Source: Alphaproteobacteria bacterium (GTDB taxonomy: Bacteria > Pseudomonadota > Alphaproteobacteria > RF32 > CAG-239). Taken from it: a DNA stretch of 64,000 nucleotides. Positions 1 to 10,406 of the stretch are shown here, one piece after another; positions within the stretch are counted from its first letter, which is position 1, and every line of letters starts with the position of its first letter. The notes under the pieces were generated by a model. The model saw only the letters and a program-made list of their open reading frames with translations, was not told where the DNA came from and made no database searches. Position numbers and translations under genes: made by a program. The DNA lies in contig JAFUSU010000028.1 of NCBI GenBank assembly GCA_017467515.1, positions 128,399 through 192,398 of the forward strand, given 5' to 3'.

Positions 1-898
1 GGGAGCTCGTAAATTTGCCGGAGATCCGATGATTCGTCATATGATCCAAGCCGGTATTGAAATGTTCCCGGAATTACCGATCTGTCTTCATCAAGACCAC
101 GGTGCCTCTGTCGATATTTGTCAGTCAGCCATTGTCAATGGCTACTCTTCCGTTATGATGGATGGTTCTTTGGCTGAAGACGGAAAAACCCCGTCAACAT
201 TTGAATATAATGTTAAAGTAACCAAAGAGGTTGTTGCTCGTGCTCATGCCGTAGGAGCTTCCGTTGAAGGTGAACTTGGTGTTATCGGTTCTTTGGAAAC
301 AGGTAAAGGCGATAAAGAGGATGGTCACGGTGCGGAAGGTGTAATTGATAAAAAACGTTTGGTAACGGATCCTGATGAAGCTGCACGTTTTGTTGCGGAA
401 ACACACCTCGATGCTTTAGCTGTTGCTGTCGGAACATCTCACGGCGCATATAAGTTTACCCGTAAGCCTGACGGTGAAATCTTAGCCATTGATGTTATTG
501 AAAAAATTCATAAGAAATTGCCGAATACCCATATGGTTATGCACGGTTCTTCTTCTGTTCCGCAAGAGTTGCAAGACTTAATCAATGCTTATGGCGGAGC
601 GATTCCTCAAACTTTCGGTGTTCCGGTTGAAGAAATTGTCCGCGGTATTCGTTCCGGTGTCCGTAAAGTTAATGTGGATACGGATTGCCGTATGGCAATT
701 ACCGGTGCAATTCGCAAAATTTTTGCTGAAAATCCGAAAGAATTTGATCCTCGTAAGTACTTAAAACCGGCCATCGAGGAAATGCAAAAAGTTTGTGAAG
801 CACGCTATATTGCTTTTGGTGCCGCAGGACACGCTGATCAAATTAAACCGAAGACAATGGTTTCTATGGCTCAACGTTACGCAGCTGGCGAGTTATAA
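1..898 (+). CDS. fba: Class II fructose-bisphosphate aldolase, 5'-truncated by window edge (reading frame open from nt 2)
   Basis: Translation has hallmark class II FBA/tagatose-bisphosphate aldolase motifs (LHQDHG, ..SVMMDGS.., GELG..G, ..HG..G..); ORF is open to the window start, so the N-terminus lies upstream. Confidence 0.85.
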   Translation, partial: GARKFAGDPMIRHMIQAGIEMFPELPICLHQDHGASVDICQSAIVNGYSSVMMDGSLAEDGKTPSTFEYNVKVTKEVVARAHAVGASVEGELGVIGSLETGKGDKEDGHGAEGVIDKKRLVTDPDEAARFVAETHLDALAVAVGTSHGAYKFTRKPDGEILAIDVIEKIHKKLPNTHMVMHGSSSVPQELQDLINAYGGAIPQTFGVPVEEIVRGIRSGVRKVNVDTDCRMAITGAIRKIFAENPKEFDPRKYLKPAIEEMQKVCEARYIAFGAAGHADQIKPKTMVSMAQRYAAGEL

Positions 899-910
899 TA
901 AAATTTTCAA

Positions 911-947
911 GAGTCCCTCTCACCAACTATGAGAGGGACTTTTTTTC
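911..947 (+). terminator. Rho-independent terminator after fba
   Basis: Perfect 11-bp inverted repeat agtccctctca / tgagagggact followed by a T7 run. Confidence 0.8.
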
Positions 948-959
948 TGCGGAGGTAAA

Positions 960-1703
960 ATGAGTACGCAAGTTATTATTCTAATGACGGACAAAAACGG
1001 GCAACCGGTACATTTTATCAAAGATAAACTGGCTGATGAGCAAACCCCTTCTCAAGGGGCTTTGTATATACTGCAAACAAAAGTTTTACCGGTTTATTCT
1101 CATAATTTTATCAGTCATTTGGAATTTTTAGGCTGTTGGAAACAATCCGGTACTCATTATGTTTTTCAGTGCTACACGGACATTCCGGCCGGTAACGGTA
1201 ATTTTCCGGAAATGATAACCGGTATTATTGCAAAGTATAAGAGGCAAATTACCGATAATAAACGTTTTGCCCAAGAGCCGTTGCAGGAAAAAATAACATT
1301 TGACGATTTGATTGACATCAAAGGATTCAGCAAAGGAAAAAATATCGAAGAATTAAAAAACGGTAATGGTTTTTATGAAACGGAAGAAAATTTATATTCT
1401 TGCTCTCTGAATTTTCCGGAAAGTATGAATTTTGCCGGTATCAATATTTTTAAAAAAGGACAGCCGCGCGGCAATCATCACCACTTGCGCAAAATAGAAT
1501 ATACCTATGTCTTGCGGGGTAAATTAAAAGCAGAATTTTATATGTCTGATGATAAAAGTCAGACAAAGGAAATGATTTTAGAAGAAGGAATGTTAATTCG
1601 TTTTCTTCCGGGACATCATCATACGTTAACGGCACTGACACCGATAGCTGTTGTTTTAGAAGTCTGCCCGCAAAAATTTGATGTGACTGACATTTACCGA
1701 TAG
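960..1703 (+). CDS. Hypothetical protein with C-terminal cupin-fold signature
   Basis: Cupin motif 1 G(x)5HxH(x)4E(x)6G is present as GQPRGNHHHLRKIEYTYVLRG; second His cluster LPGHHH; good SD (ggaggtaaaatg). Confidence 0.55.
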   Translation: MSTQVIILMTDKNGQPVHFIKDKLADEQTPSQGALYILQTKVLPVYSHNFISHLEFLGCWKQSGTHYVFQCYTDIPAGNGNFPEMITGIIAKYKRQITDNKRFAQEPLQEKITFDDLIDIKGFSKGKNIEELKNGNGFYETEENLYSCSLNFPESMNFAGINIFKKGQPRGNHHHLRKIEYTYVLRGKLKAEFYMSDDKSQTKEMILEEGMLIRFLPGHHHTLTALTPIAVVLEVCPQKFDVTDIYR

Positions 1704-1802
1704 AAACCTTTAGAATTAAAAAGAACTTGCATTTAGACAAAAAAGTGATATATATGATGATAATTAAATATCATTATGTTTCACTATTAAAAATTATAAT
1801 TT

Positions 1803-2669
1803 ATGAGAAAAAAGCTATTAACTAAAAGACAGCAAATTGGGATATTCAATTGTCAGGATCCCGTTGCTTTAATGCAGGAGTATGTCTCTTTTACCAAGGC
1901 AATTATGGATGCTGCAGAGTGGAAACTCAAAGCTCCGGAGTACAAGACCTATCCTGTCAAGGAAGAAGCTAACTTGTGCGAGAACGAAAAAGCCGCACGC
2001 CAGGAGTGCTTTAACAACCTTTCTTTGGAAGATGCCCGTTTCATTTTTGAAAAAAACCACGGGCATGTTTATCCTGAGGTTTTCATGAAAATGCTGGTAA
2101 CTTTCCCTCAGAAAGTTTCTAAGGAAATTCTCGTAAAATATGCACATGATGCAAAACTTACGGATGAAGTCTTGTTTGAAGCGATTAATATTTTAGGTAA
2201 AAATGCCAGAGATATTATTATCGCTAGGGGATTTATGAACATTCGCCTGTTCAATAGAATTGTAAAGATTTTCTCTAAGGAGGAAATCAAGTATATAATC
2301 ATTGAACTTGCGATACAGGAGGACTTTTGGGGGCTGGATAAAGCCTCAGAGGCAAAAATGTTTCAGATTTTCTCGCCGGAGGAAACAAAGGAGATGATGA
2401 AGTTCATCATTCGGAAAACGCCGGGGTTGGATTGGGAAACATATCCTAAAATTTTTGATATTCTCCCCAAGGAGTATGTCAAAGAGATTATTGAGAGATC
2501 TATTGAGGAGGATCAGGATATCTTTAATGGTGCTCTCAATAAGATTGTTGAGATTTTCCCGAAGGACGAGGCTAAGGAACTTCTGGATGCTTTCTTTGAA
2601 ACGTCTCCTGGGCGCAATATGTACTCTGAAAAGGAAATCAAAAAGCTTTATAAAAAGCTTAAAAAGTAA
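1803..2669 (+). CDS. Hypothetical tandem-repeat (HEAT/armadillo-like) protein
   Basis: At least four ~35-aa internal repeats of the form K-I-F/V-[SD]-x-x-P-K-E-x-x-K-E-x-I (KIFSKEEIKYII, QIFSPEETKEMMKFII, KIFDILPKEYVKEII, KIVEIFPKDEAKELL); no recognisable catalytic motif. Confidence 0.5.
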   Translation: MRKKLLTKRQQIGIFNCQDPVALMQEYVSFTKAIMDAAEWKLKAPEYKTYPVKEEANLCENEKAARQECFNNLSLEDARFIFEKNHGHVYPEVFMKMLVTFPQKVSKEILVKYAHDAKLTDEVLFEAINILGKNARDIIIARGFMNIRLFNRIVKIFSKEEIKYIIIELAIQEDFWGLDKASEAKMFQIFSPEETKEMMKFIIRKTPGLDWETYPKIFDILPKEYVKEIIERSIEEDQDIFNGALNKIVEIFPKDEAKELLDAFFETSPGRNMYSEKEIKKLYKKLKK

Positions 2670-2697
2670 AAAAAACGCCATTACGGCGGTTTCTTTG

Positions 2698-5511
2698 TTA
2701 CAGCTTATTTTTCAAATACTTACCCGTATAACTGATGGGCGATTTTGCCACTTGTTCCGGCGTGCCTTGGGCAATAATTTTACCGCCGCCGTCACCGCCT
2801 TCCGGTCCCATATCTATAATGTAATCAGCCACCTTTATAACATCAAGATTATGCTCAATCACAACCACGGTATTCCCACTGTTAACTAACGCTTGTAAAA
2901 CACTTAACAGTTTATTGATGTCTTCAAAATGTAAGCCGGTAGTCGGTTCATCAAGAATATATAATGTTTTACCTGTGGCGCGCTTAGAAAGCTCTTTTGA
3001 AAGTTTAATGCGTTGCGCTTCACCGCCGGAAAGGGTTGTTGCCTGTTGTCCGAGATGAATATAACCCAAACCGACACGTTGCAATAGCTCTAATTTGTTC
3101 TTAATGGAAGGTATGGCCGCAAAAAATTGATGCGCTTCATCTACGGTCATATCCAAGACATCGGCGATGGATTTTCCTTTGTACTTAACTTCCAGCGTTT
3201 CTCGATTAAAACGCTTGCCGTGACAGACATCACATGCCACATAAACGTCAGGCAAAAAGTTCATTTCAATCTTAGTCACACCGTCACCCTTACAAGCTTC
3301 GCAACGTCCGCCGGCAACGTTAAACGAAAATCGTCCGGCGCTGTATCCGCGCGCTTTGGCTTCCGGTAAATTGGCAAAGCAATCTCTGATATTCGAGAAC
3401 ACACCGGTATAAGTCGCCGGATTAGAACGCGGTGTTCTTCCAATCGGAGATTGGTCAATATCAATAACCTTGTCAATATTTTCCAAACCGATTAATTTAT
3501 CATATTTGCCGGTTGGTTTTCGAGAACCGTTCATTTCTTTATCAATGGCTTTGAATAAAGTTTCCAAAATAAGAGAAGACTTTCCGCCGCCGGAAACGCC
3601 GGTCACACAAGTCAATGTGCCGAGAGGAATTTTTGCATCAACATTTTTAAGATTGTTTGTGCAAGCGCCTTTAATCTCTAAAAATTTTCCTGATCCTTTT
3701 CTTCTCTTGCTTGGTACTGCAATAAATTTTTCACCGTTCAAATATTGAGCCGTCAAACTGTTTTTATCCTTTAAAACTTCTGCGACGGTTCCTTTGGCCG
3801 TTACTTCACCGCCGTTTTCTCCGGCGGCAGGACCCATATCCACCAGATAATCGGCTGCACGAATGGCATCTTCATCGTGTTCAACAACGATAACGGTGTT
3901 ACCGATATCTCGCAAATGATTCAATGTCGCCAGCAATCTGTCATTGTCACGTTGGTGCAAACCGATAGAGGGTTCGTCCAAAACATACATCACACCGGTT
4001 AAACCTGAGCCGATTTGAGAGGCAAGACGAATACGTTGTGATTCTCCGCCGGATAATGTACCGGATTGACGGGAAAGTGTGAGATAATCTAAGCCGACAT
4101 TATTCAAAAAGGTTAAACGGTCAATAATTTCTTTCAAAATTTTATGAGCAATTTCTTGCTTTTGAGGAGAAAGGCTGTCTTCAACTTGAGCAAACCATTC
4201 TTTAGCTTTAACAATAGACATTTCTGAGGCATCAATAATATCAAGCCCGTTAATTTTAACAGCCAGTGCCTCCGGCTTTAAACGCTTGCCGTGGCAAAAT
4301 TCACAAGGAGCGGCAGACTGATAACGTGCAAAATCTTCTCGAACCCAAGCGGAATCTGTTTCTAAAAAGCGACGTTCCATATTTGGAATAACACCTTCAA
4401 AAGGTTTATCTGTCATAAAGCTGGAGTAATACATCGGAACACAAACATTACCGGAACCGTAAAGAATAATATCGCGTGCTTTTTGCGGCAAATCTTTCCA
4501 AGGTGTTTTATTAGAAATACCAAGGAAGTCACAAAGAGATGTCAAAGCTTGGCTGTGAAATGAGGAATGAAAGCCTTCCCACGGGGCTATAGCGCCTTGA
4601 CTTAAGGAAAGATTTTGATTTGGAATTACCAAATTCGGATCCATATAAAGCTTAGCGCCTAAACCGTCACAATGAGGGCAGGCACCGAACGGATTGTTGA
4701 AGGAAAACAAACGAGGTTCAATTTCCTCAATCGTAAAACCGGATACCGGACAAGCAAATTTAGATGAAAAGGTAAGGCGGTGGCCGTTTTCAACTTCTTC
4801 AACATAAATAATACCGTCACTGAGTTTCAGACCTGTTTCAACGGATTGTGACAGACGTTCTATAATACCGTCTTTGACAACAATACGGTCAATGACAACT
4901 TCAATATCGTGTTTCACTGTTTTTGATAAACTCGGCAAATCCTCAAAAGTATAATTTTCCCCGTCAATCTTAAGTCGCTGAAAGCCTTGCCGTTGCAGTG
5001 TTTCAAATTCTTTTTTGAATTCGCCTTTTTTGCCTCGAGCAATCGGAGAAAGGAGTAAAAGCTTAGTTCCTGCCGGAAATTCTAAGATTCTGTCAACCAT
5101 TTGAGAAACGGTTTGTGATTCAATCGGCAGACCTGTTGCCGGAGAATAAGGTGTTCCAACCCGCGCCCACAATAAACGCATATAGTCATAAATCTCCGTT
5201 ACCGTTCCGACGGTTGAGCGAGGATTATGGGAGGTCGTTTTCTGTTCGATAGAAATCGCAGGCGATAAACCTTCAATTGAATCAACTTCAGGTTTTTTCA
5301 TTAAATCCAGAAATTGGCGCGCATAAGCCGACAAGCTTTCAACATAGCGGCGTTGTCCCTCGGCATAAATCGTATCAAAGGCAAGCGAAGACTTTCCCGA
5401 ACCGGACAATCCCGTAATGACCGTGAGTTTGTTTTTAGGAATATCAATGTTGACGTTTTTAAGGTTATGCTCTCTGGCCCCTCTGATTTCTATAAACGAG
5501 TCTTTCGTCAT
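2698..5511 (-). CDS. uvrA: Excinuclease ABC subunit A
   Basis: 937 aa; two ABC ATPase modules with Walker A ([24 protein letters not shown]), LSGGE signature motifs and zinc-finger Cys clusters; N-terminus is a typical UvrA start. Confidence 0.97.
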   Translation of the reverse strand: MTKDSFIEIRGAREHNLKNVNIDIPKNKLTVITGLSGSGKSSLAFDTIYAEGQRRYVESLSAYARQFLDLMKKPEVDSIEGLSPAISIEQKTTSHNPRSTVGTVTEIYDYMRLLWARVGTPYSPATGLPIESQTVSQMVDRILEFPAGTKLLLLSPIARGKKGEFKKEFETLQRQGFQRLKIDGENYTFEDLPSLSKTVKHDIEVVIDRIVVKDGIIERLSQSVETGLKLSDGIIYVEEVENGHRLTFSSKFACPVSGFTIEEIEPRLFSFNNPFGACPHCDGLGAKLYMDPNLVIPNQNLSLSQGAIAPWEGFHSSFHSQALTSLCDFLGISNKTPWKDLPQKARDIILYGSGNVCVPMYYSSFMTDKPFEGVIPNMERRFLETDSAWVREDFARYQSAAPCEFCHGKRLKPEALAVKINGLDIIDASEMSIVKAKEWFAQVEDSLSPQKQEIAHKILKEIIDRLTFLNNVGLDYLTLSRQSGTLSGGESQRIRLASQIGSGLTGVMYVLDEPSIGLHQRDNDRLLATLNHLRDIGNTVIVVEHDEDAIRAADYLVDMGPAAGENGGEVTAKGTVAEVLKDKNSLTAQYLNGEKFIAVPSKRRKGSGKFLEIKGACTNNLKNVDAKIPLGTLTCVTGVSGGGKSSLILETLFKAIDKEMNGSRKPTGKYDKLIGLENIDKVIDIDQSPIGRTPRSNPATYTGVFSNIRDCFANLPEAKARGYSAGRFSFNVAGGRCEACKGDGVTKIEMNFLPDVYVACDVCHGKRFNRETLEVKYKGKSIADVLDMTVDEAHQFFAAIPSIKNKLELLQRVGLGYIHLGQQATTLSGGEAQRIKLSKELSKRATGKTLYILDEPTTGLHFEDINKLLSVLQALVNSGNTVVVIEHNLDVIKVADYIIDMGPEGGDGGGKIIAQGTPEQVAKSPISYTGKYLKNKL

Positions 5512-5589
5512 TTATGCCTCCACTTTGTGAGGCAATATAATAAAAGAGAACCTGAAAAACAATAAAAATTTTATATCAAAGCAAAAGAA

Positions 5590-7062
5590 TTACCCTGCCG
5601 ATCTTCCGCCGCGAGAAGCTGCCAATGTTTGCGGATCGAGGGTTACTTGTTTTGCACGACGGTGACGAGGCAGTAATCTTCGAATATTAGGCTGATTACG
5701 AAACTCCAAATAAGCGCGTAAAGCTTTTCTCTTAAAGCGCCCGATAACCCGCTTTCCTTTAGCGGAATTTCCCATACCGGATAAAGCGACAATTTTTGCG
5801 TGATTGCTTAAATCGGTAGAATCCGGTGTGTTGCCGGTATTTTGCTCCGCCGGTGCGGGAGAATTGACCTCATTGTTTACCTGTTGAGTTGTGTTTTGAG
5901 GGATATTTTCCCGATGTTGGGAGTTAGTTCGTCCTGATAAGGCGTAAAGATTTAAGGCCGTTGTTGCCATTGAAGAAAGAGTGTTTCCGCCATTCTCGGT
6001 ATTGGCAGAAGAATTAGTATGAGTCGGATCGGAAAAGGAATTTTGGGAAGATTTAGCATTATCATTTTTATCAAGCGAAGGTTTCTCCATACTTGGCTTT
6101 TCCATAGCCATATTTTGCGATATAGAATTTGCATTTGTGTTTACATTTTGAGGGGAGTAACCGCTGATATTTTGATTGGTTACGCTTTTATACATATTGT
6201 TTCCCTGTCGTTGCATAGCTTGTCCTACCCGATCCATCGTTTTGGAAACAGCACTTAGAGCATTTGCCGAAAGCGTCATAGCCCCCGCTGCGGTGTAAGA
6301 GGCTAAAGCAACCGCTGCAGATGCCGTAGCGGCAGCAACACAACCGGCGGCCGCAGCATAACAAGCTGCAGCACCGACAAGAGAAAGACCTAAAGTATGG
6401 GCTGTTGCCGCAACACAAGCATTACCGGCTTGTATACAAGCATTGGCCCCTTGCATTGCAATTTTAGCGGCATTCATTGCGGCTTTCCCGACAATCCTCA
6501 GCCCCTTAGCAGCTGCTCTCATTCCCTTAACGACAGCGGATAGTGCTTTAGCACCGGTCGATATACCTTTGCCTGCATAATAAATTGTTTTTCCTAAAAT
6601 CTTTTTGCCTTGTTTAAAAGCTTTTTTAAAGCGATTCTCTTTTTTCTTATTCTTTGTTTTTTTCTTAGGTTCTTTATTGGCTTCATCGTCTGAGGAATTT
6701 TGATTTTTTGAATCTTTTATTTGATTTTCAATCCTTTTCTTTTCGGCAACGGCTTCTTCGTGTTCTTTTTGTGTTTGCTTTATTTCGTCTTGAATCTGGT
6801 CTGCTTTAGAACCGAAAATAAAATCTAAAACCCGATCAACTTTTTTGTCGAAGTCATTGGATGATGAATTTTGCTGAGCCTCGGCAACGGCATTCTTATA
6901 TTCTTTATCAAGAGAACTGAGGCGATTTTCAAAAAGTTTTACTTTTGCACGAGCTTCAACCAAATTTCGCTTTGCCTCAAAAGGCGTAGAATTATGACGG
7001 AGCCTTTTTACCGTGCCTTTAAATTTTTCTTTGAGTGAGGATTTATTATTTGTTTCTGCCAT
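5590..7062 (-). CDS. Low-complexity ORFan: N-terminal coiled coil, Ala/Gly/Cys-rich hydrophobic core, Asn/Ser/Thr-rich region, strongly basic C-terminal tail
   Basis: 490-aa ORF lying between uvrA and ssb; MEKPSMEKPS internal repeat; C-terminus RFKRKALRAYLEFRNQPNIRRLLPRHRRAKQ; no homologue recognised. Confidence 0.5.
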   Translation of the reverse strand: MAETNNKSSLKEKFKGTVKRLRHNSTPFEAKRNLVEARAKVKLFENRLSSLDKEYKNAVAEAQQNSSSNDFDKKVDRVLDFIFGSKADQIQDEIKQTQKEHEEAVAEKKRIENQIKDSKNQNSSDDEANKEPKKKTKNKKKENRFKKAFKQGKKILGKTIYYAGKGISTGAKALSAVVKGMRAAAKGLRIVGKAAMNAAKIAMQGANACIQAGNACVAATAHTLGLSLVGAAACYAAAAGCVAAATASAAVALASYTAAGAMTLSANALSAVSKTMDRVGQAMQRQGNNMYKSVTNQNISGYSPQNVNTNANSISQNMAMEKPSMEKPSLDKNDNAKSSQNSFSDPTHTNSSANTENGGNTLSSMATTALNLYALSGRTNSQHRENIPQNTTQQVNNEVNSPAPAEQNTGNTPDSTDLSNHAKIVALSGMGNSAKGKRVIGRFKRKALRAYLEFRNQPNIRRLLPRHRRAKQVTLDPQTLAASRGGRSAG

Positions 7063-7166
7063 ATTTTTTACCCGACATCTTTCTGCTCAGAAATATAAAT
7101 AGAATAGGTTAATATTTATCATATTATAGCAGAATAAGTAAAATTTGTCTATTGTTTAAAACATAA

Positions 7167-7197
7167 CAAAAAAACCGCCCTGTAACAGAGCGGTTTA
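7167..7197 (-). terminator. Rho-independent terminator downstream of ssb (minus strand)
   Basis: Hairpin aaaccgccctgtaacagagcggttt (one mismatch) with a U-run on the minus-strand reading. Confidence 0.6.
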
Positions 7198-7216
7198 AAT
7201 GTGAAAATAAATAAAA

Positions 7217-7690
7217 TTAAAAAGGAATATCGTCATCCAAATCAGCAGGTGTTGCGGCAGATGAATTATCCCAACCGGCACCTGATGCAGAAGGCGCACC
7301 GGAGAAGACGTCATTGCCGCCGGCAGGAGCACCGTCACCGCGACCATCCAATAACACCAAATTACCGTTAAAGTTTTGCAAAACAACTTCTGTTGTATAT
7401 CTTTCTTGACCGCTGTTATCTTCCCACTTGCGGGTTTGTAATTGTCCTTCAATATAAACTTTAGAGCCTTTGCGTAAATAACGCTCGGCAATATCAGCTA
7501 ACTGCGGATTAAAAATAACGACTCGGTTCCATTCCGTACGTTCTTTACGCTCGCCGGAAAGCTTATCTTTCCAACTATCGGAAGTTGCAACCGTTAAATT
7601 GACAATTTTTGTACCATTAGCCGAATTGCTGACACGCGGATCAGCACCTAAATTTCCAACTAAAATGACTTTGTTAATGCTTCCAACCAT
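7217..7690 (-). CDS. ssb: Single-stranded DNA-binding protein
   Basis: OB-fold N-terminal region ([14 protein letters not shown]...), Gly-rich linker, acidic C-terminal tip DDDIPF. Confidence 0.95.
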   Translation of the reverse strand: MVGSINKVILVGNLGADPRVSNSANGTKIVNLTVATSDSWKDKLSGERKERTEWNRVVIFNPQLADIAERYLRKGSKVYIEGQLQTRKWEDNSGQERYTTEVVLQNFNGNLVLLDGRGDGAPAGGNDVFSGAPSASGAGWDNSSAATPADLDDDIPF

Positions 7691-7863
7691 TATGTTTCCT
7701 TACACATCTAAATTAAAACTCCTATCACTATACAAATAAAAAAAACAGAGTCCAACAAGAATCGAAAAACCTGTGCATATTCACAAGAAGTGTAAAAAGA
7801 AAAATATTGACAAATATTGAAGAAAATGCATACTGAATGGCAATAAAAAATTATTAATTTATT

Positions 7864-8364
7864 ATGGAAAAGATAAAAGAACAATTTAATCCTGTCTACA
7901 ACAATGTTGAACAGGTGAAAAAAAATGCAGAATATCTGCTTGGCGAAAAAGTAACGGATGCCAAAATTGCCATCGTTATAGGTCATAACGGTCGCAATTT
8001 TGTATCCTCAACGGACTGGCGCATTACAACGGAAAGCGGAAATAAGCGGATTTTGCCGTTCTCAATTCGTCCGCAATATCCGAATTTCGTGGAATGTGTG
8101 GCAGGAATGCGTTATGATGTATATAAGGAATTATTTACGATTATTCCGGATTCCCAGAACAAAGTTTCTGTTATGTTAGAGGACAAAGTTTATTCCTTTA
8201 ACAGGGGAGAGGCTCTCAAAATATACATTGAACCCGATAGTAAGTTTATTGCGACGGATTGTCTGATTGAATATAATGAAAATAGGAATTTTTATCGTGT
8301 TCTGACAGACGAAAATACAGCTTACGGCAAGCTGGATAAAAATGGCAATATCTCGCGTCTTTAA
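7864..8364 (+). CDS. Hypothetical protein (ORFan)
   Basis: 166-aa ORF with upstream TTGACA-type promoter-like sequence and a downstream bidirectional terminator; no recognisable domain. Confidence 0.45.
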   Translation: MEKIKEQFNPVYNNVEQVKKNAEYLLGEKVTDAKIAIVIGHNGRNFVSSTDWRITTESGNKRILPFSIRPQYPNFVECVAGMRYDVYKELFTIIPDSQNKVSVMLEDKVYSFNRGEALKIYIEPDSKFIATDCLIEYNENRNFYRVLTDENTAYGKLDKNGNISRL

Positions 8365-8365
8365 T

Positions 8366-8404
8366 AAAAAAAACAGTCAGATTTTAAGATCTGACTGTTT
8401 TTTT
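8366..8404. terminator. Bidirectional rho-independent terminator
   Basis: aacagtcagat..(loop)..atctgactgtt flanked by A-run and T-run, between convergent ORFs. Confidence 0.75.
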
Positions 8405-8408
8405 ACAT

Positions 8409-8765
8409 TTAAATGCCGTCTGGAAGATTGTTCCACCATTTGCAACCGGCAGGAGGAACGGAGGTATAACCCCAGAATGTGTCATTGTCCTCAGTCGGAA
8501 CGGCGGGCATATAAATACCGATTTGATCACTGTTCGGACGTCCGTGTTTGTCAAGCCAACGACCGTTTGCAAATTTAGGAACAAATTTGCCTTCTGTGTG
8601 CATACGGCTTAAACAAGAGGCACAAACCAGAGTCTGATGCTCAAGGAACGTGTGTGATTTACGCCACAATTTGACGTGAGTTTGACCGCAAATCCGACAC
8701 TTGTATGTTTCCGGTGTTTCTCCGCTAACATACGAAAACGGCTGTTTCTTATCAACAATTTTCAT
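8409..8765 (-). CDS. Hypothetical zinc-ribbon protein
   Basis: 118 aa with CRICGQTH...CASCLSRMH (CxxC...CxxC) and Trp-rich C-terminus; no recognised family. Confidence 0.45.
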   Translation of the reverse strand: MKIVDKKQPFSYVSGETPETYKCRICGQTHVKLWRKSHTFLEHQTLVCASCLSRMHTEGKFVPKFANGRWLDKHGRPNSDQIGIYMPAVPTEDNDTFWGYTSVPPAGCKWWNNLPDGI

Positions 8766-8908
8766 AAGCTGAAGTTTTTAGAATTGTTTAAAAATAATAT
8801 GCAAAGTAAGCCTTTTATAACATAGTTTTTCCGAAAATCAAGATAAATAAAAAAAGAGCCGATGATTAGGGACATCGGCTCCTGAAGTCCTGTCGTTTTT
8901 CAGACAGG

Positions 8909-10273
8909 CTATTCGTGTGTAGAAATATTCCGAACGATCTTGTTATTTGGAGTCAGTTTTTTGTTCGGCAATAGTTTTTCCACAGACGAAATAACGCGCG
9001 TGTCACTACTTTTTTGATGTGTTACTTGAAGAGCTTTACCGTATAAGATTTTTTTAATTCCTGCCGGTAGAGTTGCTTTTTGAATTTTACGAATGGTCTT
9101 TTTTATAAAAGGAATTCCGATTTCTGCATTTTGGGCGGCTAAATCAAGCATTTTTTCAAAACAATCGGGCTCAGGGAGCAATGCAACAGCCTTTTGAGAA
9201 GTTTTTCTTGCTTTTTCCTTGAAACCGAGTGTTAACTGAATATTGGAAATTGAAAGCAAAGCCTCACTTTTTTTGATGTTTGTCGGGGCGTTGAGCGCTG
9301 CTTGGCGATAATAATACTCAGCCCAATTCAGAGCACTGATCTGTTGTGAGTTCAGTCCGGAAAAGGCAATACAGCTTTCCCCCATACTCTTTTGATACAG
9401 CTGAGCTATTTGCGTATTAAGACGATAATTATCTTCCGGAAAAATGGTATGTTGCTTTTCCAGAACTTTTTTATAAGCAAGGATAAGGTACGGAATATTT
9501 TTTTTGAAAATATTATCGTGTGCGGAAAGGCGATTCAGACAACAATCGACCATTCCCGATTCGGAAGTACTTTCCAGAACCATACGTAAACAAAAAATTT
9601 CTTTATCACAGGGTTTTGGTTCGTGGTAAATACCCGGAACAATTTGAGCACGGCGAAACAGTTCAGAAGATAAAAAGTAAATGGAAGCTTTTTGTTCATC
9701 TTCTAAATTAGGCTCATAATAACGTAATTTATTGTAAATTTTATCGGCATTTTTCATACTTACGGCAGAAGATGCCGTAGCGCTGATTGCATTTGCTGTT
9801 TCAACGGTTTCTACAAAATCTAAAGTAAGCATAATGGAGCTTATCTCTGAAAAACGAGTTTTAATATAGGGGCGCATATCCGGTTGCCCGACGCTTTTGT
9901 CACTAATGTATTGTAACTCATCCGGAGTGAAACTGGCATAGCTCTCTGCTAAATACCAACTGATTTCCGGTTTACCTTCTAATGCAAAGTTCTGCATTAA
10001 TTTAAAATTGTCAGCCAGCTTTTTTTGACAAGAAGTAATAAAGGACGCCGGAAGTTTAGCGATGTTACGTAGCAAATTACGAATATTTTCATCTGTTGCT
10101 TCGCAGTGAAAAGTCTGCTTGAATTTTTCCGCATCCATTTCTTTAAGACAATCTAAAACAACGATTCGCTCAAACTGCTCATAAGAAAGAGGCTTGGGAG
10201 CGGCTGCTTCTGCATCTGTTTTTACAGAAATATTCTGTGTTTCTAAAGAGTTATTGTTATTTTTTTGAACCAT
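8909..10273 (-). CDS. Hypothetical protein (ORFan, 454 aa)
   Basis: Long ORF with its own terminator hairpin (gagccgatg..catcggctc + T-run on minus strand at about 8850-8885); N-terminal poly-Asn; no recognised domain. Confidence 0.5.
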   Translation of the reverse strand: MVQKNNNNSLETQNISVKTDAEAAAPKPLSYEQFERIVVLDCLKEMDAEKFKQTFHCEATDENIRNLLRNIAKLPASFITSCQKKLADNFKLMQNFALEGKPEISWYLAESYASFTPDELQYISDKSVGQPDMRPYIKTRFSEISSIMLTLDFVETVETANAISATASSAVSMKNADKIYNKLRYYEPNLEDEQKASIYFLSSELFRRAQIVPGIYHEPKPCDKEIFCLRMVLESTSESGMVDCCLNRLSAHDNIFKKNIPYLILAYKKVLEKQHTIFPEDNYRLNTQIAQLYQKSMGESCIAFSGLNSQQISALNWAEYYYRQAALNAPTNIKKSEALLSISNIQLTLGFKEKARKTSQKAVALLPEPDCFEKMLDLAAQNAEIGIPFIKKTIRKIQKATLPAGIKKILYGKALQVTHQKSSDTRVISSVEKLLPNKKLTPNNKIVRNISTHE

Positions 10274-10406
10274 TTTGGACTCATAAAACGTGTTTTGACT
10301 AATTTTGTCGTTATTGTATAAGTTTAAAAATTTTTGTCAATAAGTATCTTGGCCAAAACAAAAAAACCGCTGTCAGAATAACAGCGGCACAGTGAAAAAT
10401 AAAATT

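Noticed and set aside
2108-2681. Several antisense ORFs (64-144 aa) inside the tandem-repeat protein gene and the uvrA 3' end
   Set aside because: They are fully nested in longer ORFs with better coding signals, so are typical low-complexity antisense artefacts.
5511-5590. Possible alpha-proteobacterial SOS box (GAAC-N7-GAAC/GTTC-N7-GTTC) upstream of uvrA
   Set aside because: Only a degenerate gaacctgaaaaacaa (second half ACAA) is present, too weak to call.
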